Shown here: positions 11,101-20,100 of the stretch, in pieces
How positions within the stretch are numbered: position 1 is the stretch's first letter
Layout: the number at the start of each line of letters is the position of its first letter
DNA from: Tubiluchus corallicola
Lineage: Eukaryota > Animalia > Priapulida
Direction: 5' to 3'
Length of the DNA stretch: 64,000 bases
Assembly (NCBI GenBank): GCA_030141605.1
Contig: JAQGDQ010000532.1
Coordinates: forward strand, 87,884 to 151,883
The notes under the pieces: model-generated
Database searches by the model: none
What the model saw: only the letters and a program-made list of their open reading frames with translations
What the model was told of the DNA's origin: nothing
Translations under genes and position numbers: made by a program

Positions 11101-14100
11101 ACCATAGCAACACATAGTAGCAGCTTACTGTATGTATTATCAATTATTAGCTTATTATTATTTACTATAGTGTGACTTTTCATTGAATATTGGCGAATAA
11201 AAAATAGTCGTGGACGTAAAGAATTTGTTGTTGCCTTTTTGCTATTTTGAAAATTTGCGATTATAAGCGTCAGCGCCCTGATTCTCGTTAGAGTTTAGTT
11301 GAATATGGTAGTCGGTGTATATGCGTATATCTTTACGAGACGGTGGAAACCTGGCGGTTAAATACAATATGAGCGAATGGCTTGAAACATACGTTACACA
11401 GAGTCCGAGGCAGGGTCGTACTGGCCTTTGCTGCGTTTCTTAACTAGTTTTTTTGTTAACGCCCGTTGTTAGTAAGCAGAAGTCTGGTTGTCGAAGTTGC
11501 CACACCAAGGTATTAGTAACTAACTAACTATTAACTTGAATTGATTTGAGGAAAAATATCAGGGACTGACAACTATTCGCCTGTTGAATACAAGACCACA
11601 CAAAGCTGTGCGCGTTTTAAAAATTGGCTCGCAACATCTTATATTCGATGCTCACGGCGGTTTCAACACACTTTCACAAATAGTGCCTTGTCTCGCCTTG
11701 CCCGCCTTACTTTAGAATCTTGTTTAGCAAAGCGATACTAAACCTTTTTGACTGAAGTCTATTTTTCAGTCAAGACAGTGGGGCCCTCCCCAGGCCCCCG
11801 TATTGATCCACGGGCCATAGGTATATAGCCCGAGCACTTGTACACGAAACTGTTATTATGTACATGAAATTATTCCGTGTTTTATACAGATTATAAAAAT
11901 CACTATGTTGTAATCGTCACAGGGGCCCTTCGAAGGGACTGCGGCCCCTGATGAGGGGCCTGGTTGCTAGGAGTGCCCAGGTTGTACACGAAACTGTTAT
12001 TATGTACATGAAATTATTCCGTGTTTTATACAGATTATAAAAATCACTATGTTGTAATCGTCACAGGGGCCCTTCGAAGGGAATGCGGCCCCTGATGAGG
12101 GGCCTGGTTGCTAGGAGTGCCCAGACATGTAAAGCCAGTCCATTATTACTATAAACATTGACGTTGCTGCACTTTGTATCGATTCTAATGGCAACACCGT
12201 CATCCAAAGCGAATAGCTAAATATAGGTCAAGGTTGTGAAAATGGCAAAAAAGAGCAACTTTGGCTAAAAATTCTAGACTCTTGGGAGATCGCTGGCCAA
12301 AATTTTATTTCATGCATTTGTAGGACTAGTCAAGCTGCAAATAAAAATATATTGATTAGTCCCCCAATACCCGCCCCAGTGGAGTTATGGGGATTTCAAA
12401 ATGGCGTCTAAATTCAGCAGCAGCAGACACGTATCTTTTGCAATCTGATGACACCAACTGAAAAGGAGGTTCAATTTGGCAACGATAATGGTACGGTAGG
12501 GTAAGACCCCTACTATATATATCACCAATTAACTAGTGCTGGATCGCTCATTTACTGTCTGTAATAACGTGAGAAATAATGGGCAATTTTTTACGCCAAA
12601 ATGGCCAAAATCCGAAAAAAATCAAAATGGCGGCTTTTCTCAGAAACGGCTCATTTCTGAAATCTAATATTTTGGCTGTGGAGTACATCTGAGGGGACCA
12701 TCAAACCCTGTGAATATGAACAAAATCGGTGATTTGTCACCTTCCACTATTTTGCTGATTTTCTCACGGAATGACTCTTAATTGTGTAAATTATTAATTT
12801 ACAGATTTTGTTGACTTTTAGATACGCATGTAGACTTGCCAGCACGTAGTAGAGCACAGGCTGGTTACTTAGTTTATAGAGTTCTCTTTATAAGTTAAAA
12901 AAGATTCTGAAGCACCTGGCAGGATAAGTGTTTATATTGCACCGAAACCGGATGATGCCATTTTTCGTCTCAAATGAATGTGTCAAGTGTAAAGCAATCA
13001 CGACTTTAAATTGATTTTACTAATTACATGAGATGCTTATCACAATTTTACTGCCAAAACTTTCTAACTTTTTCCCCAAACATTAAAATTAGCTCAACTT
13101 CCCGGAAGTCTTTTGCTTTAATATTATAAAGGTTGAAAAAATGTGCACGTTTTTGAAAGCGTGAACTCCGAGAAAGCAGAACATTGCCATGACTTCGTAT
13201 TATTACTTAGTTAAATTAAATATTTAATTTATCAACTAAATAAGTTGGTTACAATCCGATAATGGACTTTTAAAAGCCAGGATTAATAAAACTGATGGTT
13301 TTTGTAAACAGAAGTTAACTTAACAGCTAATTACTTGAAGAAGAAATATGCTAAAAAAATTGTTCACCTGTTAGTACCGAAAATCAGGAGTTATAATTCA
13401 CTTTCAACTGGGAATTATAATTCAAAGTCTTGGGTTCAAGCCCTGACTGGCTCGCGGTTCTTCACTTAATTATTTTTTCATCTTGACCTTTGCAAAATTT
13501 CAACAAGAGGAAGAAATTGGATCCATGTGAACTGATTCAGCCATATGTTAGCAGAATTAGTACAATAGATTAAAATCATTAAACTTATTTGAGGTGGATA
13601 AAGCATTTTTTCTCATATTTCGTAAATATTACAGGAATTTCTTGTTTTCTAGGTTTTTATATCTTACAGGTAAGAATTGCTATTCACAATGCTGGTCTCA
13701 ACTTCTACGACAACCTCATGGTTGCTGGACTTTACCAGGTCAGACCAAAAACTCCATTTATTCCAGGTAAAATAAATGTTTAGCTCTTCACCTGTGAGAA
13801 AAATATATTATATTAGTCAATTTTATGCACAAAATATGCCAACTTTGCCATTGACTGTGTCTAAAATTGCATTTTATTTTCAATATCTTAAAAGTGGTTC
13901 ACAAAAAATTTAATTGTGGTTTTAAATTTAAATGCTGTTTGGTGTATTTTATTGCCTTAAAGGGTTAGCTTGTTCTAGTTGCATAGATTTTATTTGTGAA
14001 CTAACATGATTAGTAATGTCATCCAGAGCCAAGCTTCCCTTTGAAGGACAAAAACTAGCACAGTAAGAATAAAACTAGGCCTAGTTATTGTTTCAACCTG

Positions 14101-17100
14101 GTGGTAATTTTTACGTGTTTGTTGAAGTCAAGCTTTGTTGTTGAGACATTTTCTGTTCATGCATGTTTAAAGACATGTCGGAGAATATTGAAAAAGAACG
14201 ACAGTAAGAAATCTGACCAACTTGGTATTTCAACTCACAGTATTAAACTTTGTTTTTTGTACTGTGAATGTCTCACTGCTGGTGTGTTTACTACAAAAGA
14301 CCATTTTATTTGTCTATCTAAGAATGTGAATATGAATATGAATTGTATATGAATTTATACTAGTAACACTATTTTAACTGTTATCTATTCATTGTAGGTC
14401 TGGAATATTCCGGGGAAGTTGTGGAAGTTGGTGAAGAAACGGAAAGATTTCAGCCTGGTGATAGAGTTGTGGGCTTATCTCAAGGCTCTTTTGCTACCGA
14501 GACTGTTGTTACTGAAAAGGTATGGTAACGTGTTATTAATTATCATAGCAACCTGATATTGCCATAGCTACCAAATATTGATTATCTTAGGAACCATGTA
14601 CTGATTGCCATAGTATCAGTAACTGGATATCCAGTACCATTGCAATCGAATGTTGATTGTCATAGCAACCAGTCATTCATTGCCATAGCAACTGATAGTG
14701 ATCGCCATGGTAATCAGGTATTAATTAGCAATATTAATAAGTCATGATATGATGTGATGACATTTTTAAAACAATTTGGCACAATGTACAATGTAATCCA
14801 ACATATGATGCATTTACTGGTTTTAAAATTGTGATTATTAACAATTAATTAGTCCATTTTCCATTCCTGAATTAAAGACAATTTTTGGCAGGTTTCCAAT
14901 ACTGGAAAAAAATTAAATGGCTGAGATTTTTACTTTGCTTAAGTATTGCCATTTGCCATTTGGACAAAAAAACGGACATCCAAATTTACAATTGCAAGCA
15001 GCGGTTGTTCGGTAAAGACTTAAGATTTGGCATTAGTTTCTGTCGCAAAATTTGTCATTCTAGCGAATTCTAAAACTTGAGATTTGCTTCAGTCAGATAT
15101 ATGGTTGTTGCCTCATAGTATCAGTCACGAGAAGGGAGCTAGTATGCTTTCTACATACGGCACGTCACTGATGACATTAGAGCGACGAGTGAAGCTCGAA
15201 GAAGGAGAAACTGTTTTGATAACAGCTGCTGCTGGAGCTACTGGTCTTGCTGCTGTCGATATTGCTACAAATGTGTTCAAAGCAAAGGTATCGGTTTTAA
15301 ATATTCTGGTTGAATTTAATAAAGTAGAGTCTACTTCGTATTTTAAACTGCCTGTTTTATTTGTGCTTTAGAATAGAATAGAGACACTGTAACTATGACT
15401 GAGTTCAACCTACTACCTATTATTTATGATTTGTCCTTATACAGTCAACCTCGTTTATAAAGGACACTCGCTCATAAGGGACCACAAACACCGGTTCCAG
15501 TTTTTCGTAATGTTTTTCCTATCTAAAAATCTTCGTACATAAGGTACTCAGTTATAAGGAACTTTCGGTTATAAGGGTTGATATCTTCAGGTCCTGCATA
15601 AGAGAAAGTCCAGGTAAATTACCTCGCATATAAGGGCACCTTTGATCAAATATTTTTATATCCTAAAAAGCCTATGCCGAGATCCCGCGCAGGCCTGACT
15701 GTATTCCCTTGGACTACGGTCGGGTCTTTTGACTGTAATGTTGTGGGTAAGTAGTTGGTGTCAAAGGTAATGCCGGTTCATTGGGCATTAGGCTACCAGA
15801 TGAGGTATATAGGATTCACAGGTCTAGATACACCTTTGGTCTGTCTCAACTTCGGCTATAAGGGACGATTTTTCCCAACCTAGAGGTGTCTTTTATAACC
15901 GAGGTTGACTATACTTTAAATGGGATGGTGTATTTGCGGAATGGTGCAAACCATTTGAAATCTTCAAACCTGTGTGAAATCTCAACCTTTCAAATTCCTT
16001 ATTTTCAAATATTGCCTAATCTTTTGGGTGCTCAGCAGACAAAGTATTTTCATGGTAAACGGTGGGTTTCCGCACAGTTCCGCCCCCTGACACTGATTGT
16101 ACTTATTACCCTGAATGCATATTTATTGCACTGATTGTATACTAATTACACTCTTGATATAAAGTATTTTATCGTGTTAAGGAATATGCAGGTACGATCT
16201 TCATACATGGCAGTATACATTAGAATTATTGGCAGTCATCAAATGGTATGCTGAGATTTGTAGAATAAAATTCTATAACCATAAGAACTGTTTTGGTGCG
16301 TCAAGTGTGTTGGCACCCTAGAGAACCACAGAGAATAGCTTGTCTAGTCAAAATAAAAACTGGTTCTTACAAGTATGTCTACCGATAAGCCCGGAGTGGC
16401 ATGTGATGAAATTTATATTTTTATATTGGCAGTCATCGCCAGTTATGGAAACCGAGCACTTTTCCTTTTAGTGAGAGCACAAGTAGTGTTTGACTTACAA
16501 CCACATCGGTTTTGGCAGATTGGTCATAAAACGAGTTGGTCACAAGTTCACAAGTCAGACGCATGTTTTCAACAAGTATTGCGGCCCCTCCACATTACAA
16601 GTTGTGTGTGCACTTTGTACGTGCAACAAGTATTGCGGCCCCTCCACATTACAAGTTGTGTGTGCACTTTGTACGTGCAACAAGTATTGCGGCCCCTCCA
16701 CATTACAAGTTGTGTGTTCCTTGTATACATGCAACAAGTATTGCGGCCCCTGCACATTACATGTTGTATGTTCCCTGTGTACGTGCAACAAGTATTGCGG
16801 CCCCTGCACATTACATGTTGTATGTTCCCATGTACATGCAAATAGTTTTCTAAATAAATATGCAAACGAACGTTGGCATGGTAACGGGCCAATTGAAATC
16901 CATTCAATTATCATTAAAAAAATAATTTAAGTTGGAAAATTTGTTGACTAGCATTTTCACCTGTCAGAAAGAAATTTGCACTTGCCAGTTTTGAACTTGG
17001 GCTGCCCACACCACTTGCATGGAAAAATTAGAAGTGTTGAGAAAAAAGAAAATGTTGAAAGTAGTCCATAATAAGATATAGGTACAGGCTGTACATACAG

Positions 17101-20100
17101 CTGTTTTACTTTGTGTATTCAGTTTGTTTAGTTTTTCTGGAGATATATTCATTTGTCCTTTTTACATGGACCTTTTCGCTGTACTTCATTACCTTGTGTA
17201 GCCATCTGTATAAAAATGTACATTGAATTATTTTTGTAACTGTTTACCCTATATAGATTAATTTCCTAATGCTTCAATTTAGGTTATAGCAGCTGCCGGT
17301 AGTGAAGAGAAATGCAGCCTCGTCCGAGAAAGAGGCGCCTTTGCAACTGTAGATTACACTTTGGAAAGCATAAAAGACAAAGTGAAAAGTATTACGGAAG
17401 GAAAAGGTGTTGATGTGATACTAGACTTTGTAGGTGGCGATGTGTTTGATCAATGTTTAAAATGGTAAGCAATTAACTTTTGTCTGAATGGTTTTTGTTA
17501 GGTGCTGCAACATGGTATGTAAAAATCAAAGGAAAAGTGACCAAGGAGCCATTGGCCATCCACATATAATGATATCAAGTTTAGGGTAGGTATATTAAAC
17601 AGTGTAGGTGTAGGTAGGTATAGGAAAAGTGCCAGGAAACGTGATAACATCATACAAGGTAATATGCATTATAATGCAAGGTAAGTAGGTGACTTAGTCG
17701 CGATATCATTACCTGACCTGACTTCATACTGTTTTCATACGTGTCTCCCAGCAACAATCACCACAGCTAAAGCAACTATCGCGGTACAATTAAAACTCTT
17801 TGTAAATGTCAACTGCACTAGGCTAGTTCATTGTTTAAAATTATACTAGGAATAGCTTAAACTTGTGCCTTTGCTTTCATTAATTAATTGTTTGTTTAAT
17901 TGTATTTGCTAATTAGCATTTTATAGAAAAGGTTTGGTAATTTTGATTCGTGTATTAAAGCTTGTTTGATTGTTGGTACAGTACCACAAAAACACTGTGA
18001 AACATACGGTTTTCTCTAGTTCTTGTTTTTTGCAGGTTTTTATTTGTTATTGGTGTGCTTGCAAACCTAAACCATCCATAAGTAGGGCATAGTAACAACT
18101 ACAGTATTATGCTTTAAAGTAGAATGTCCTAAAAATTTGGTCAAATGTCAGTTTTTATAAAAATAAATGCTAAATATATTAGACTTTTATATTCTAACAT
18201 CAAATTATCAAGAAAATGTTCAAATATACTAAAAATCTAATTTTCTAACCATGTACGTAACCATTTTTCTTGTTTACCACAATTCCAAAAAACGTATTTT
18301 CAAACTCCGATAGTAGCTTGCGGAAGCATTAATTTTGCTTCGGGTTTTTTCTGTTGCTAAGCCCAGATCTTCGTCGGGAAAAGTCATTTACTGGATTTAA
18401 GAATAACTTCAATCTGCTCTTCCAGAGCCCCTAGCATCCAAAATTTGTGTGGTTGCTAAGTGTTTTGTAGAAATGCAACAACAAAACAATAGCAGTGATT
18501 TTCTCAAGATTTGTTTTTCAGTGTGCAGCCTGCACTTCAACTTCAATGTGGATTATCTCAGCTTAAAAATGACATAGAGTGATGAACTTGGTATCAAAGT
18601 GATCCTCATGAAATGGAAGTTTTGGATTTGTGAATATTAGAAAAGCTTAACTGCCGATTTATGGCACGATTTTGCTATGCAAGCACACACTTTGTACAAC
18701 CTGGAATTATTCGTATTTCAGTCAAACATGATTTTTTCTTACAATAATTAGGGAAAGTTTCTTTATTAAAAAATGAGAAAAAAGAAAATGCTAGTCTAGG
18801 ATTTGAACTCAAGACTCAGTACTGAAGTGTATTCTTTGTGTTATCAACTGATTTACACTTGTTCAGCTTGCAGAACTGGCCCCAGACTTTTGTCATTAAG
18901 TTCCACTAGGTTTGACTAGACTTGCTGGCAATAATTTAATATTTTATTAACAACTAGTAATCATTCTTATAAAACATCACTTTCTGGAAAAACAGCATTT
19001 TCTGTGGAAACATCTCCTCTTACAGACAGACCTTGTGTTTCAGCATTGCCTGGGAGGGAAGGGTCGTAATTCTTGGCTTCACTTCCGGAACTATTCCTCA
19101 AATTCCAGCCAATCAGCTCTTGCTAAAAAACATTTCTGTGTTGGGCAGTTACTGGGGCGAATACAGTAATTGGCAGCCAGACCGTTTCCAGGTGTGTGTT
19201 AGTTTATAATCGAGTAGCATGTTTTTTTTGTTTGTTCAACTTATTTTAACTAACTTTTAATCAGCCTGTTTACAATAATCATAGTTGTGTCATGGTCTTC
19301 AAATTTTTGTCGTCCATCCTTCTTGGCAATTTCTTTTGGAATATGCGAATGTATTTAATTTTGGGTTGTTTGTGAAGTAACTAGCAAGCAACTAGATTTA
19401 TAGTAAACTCTATAAAGAGGTTTATTTTGCCGTGATTCTGTTATCAACATCTCATTGTTCTTTCACACCACAAAACTTGGCACTTGTTTACTTATAATGA
19501 TACAAAAATGCCTATTCCGAATTTTCATAAAAATCAGATCTATGACAATGGTAAATAGTGTTGTAAATGATATATTTAGGCAATGTGCCAATGAAGGTTA
19601 TTAAATTTTAAGCTCTTACAAATGCTTACGAGCAAAACGTGTGTGCGTATGTATGTACAATTGTGCATAGTTGTATGCGTGTGTGCGTATGTATGTACAA
19701 TTGTGCGTAGTTGTATGCGTGTGCGCGTATGTATGTACAATTGTGCGTAGTTGTATGCGTGTGTGTGTATATGCAGTAAGCGTGTAACCCAATGCTTTGC
19801 TTTCTGGATTAGTCTTGATAAAAAATATGGATTCATCTTGGTTATGCCGACAATAGTTGCCCACGGATGAAACAATTGACCTAATTGCTATGGAAGGAAA
19901 GGAAGTGGCATAGCTGATGCAGTTCTCAGTGTTAGCATATATGCATTAAATGCAGCAGATGGTAAAATTGCTTTTGACAGGCACAGCAAAGGGGGTGACA
20001 GGGGGCTATTGTCCCCGGCAAGGCAAGGTGACAGTGCACAAAATTTTTCTAGAGTTTAATGATTATTAATTATTAATTCGACATTAGCAATTAACAAAAG

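Larger units (their letters stand above)
9540..12777. mobile_element. Non-autonomous DNA transposon, Sola3-type
   Basis: TTAA|GAGTCATTCCG ... CGGAATGACTC|TTAA; imperfect TIRs of about 500 bp (9540-~10040 vs ~12285-12777). GAG/CTC termini, TTAA TSD and very long TIRs are the described Sola3 hallmarks. No transposase ORF. Confidence 0.8.

Noticed and set aside
10008-11183. Six overlapping ORFs of up to 321 aa (ER/TQ-rich or SL/CV-rich)
   Set aside because: Translations of the CT/GT microsatellite.
11920-12010. Hammerhead-like CTGATGA...CGAAAC in a tandem repeat
   Set aside because: Stems I, II and III do not pair as required; CTGATGA sits inside a ggcccct/aggggcc hairpin typical of MITE subterminal palindromes.
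16375-16930. Cys-rich repetitive ORFs and a CRISPR-like appearance
   Set aside because: 54-bp tandem repeat with no unique spacers, in a eukaryotic intron.
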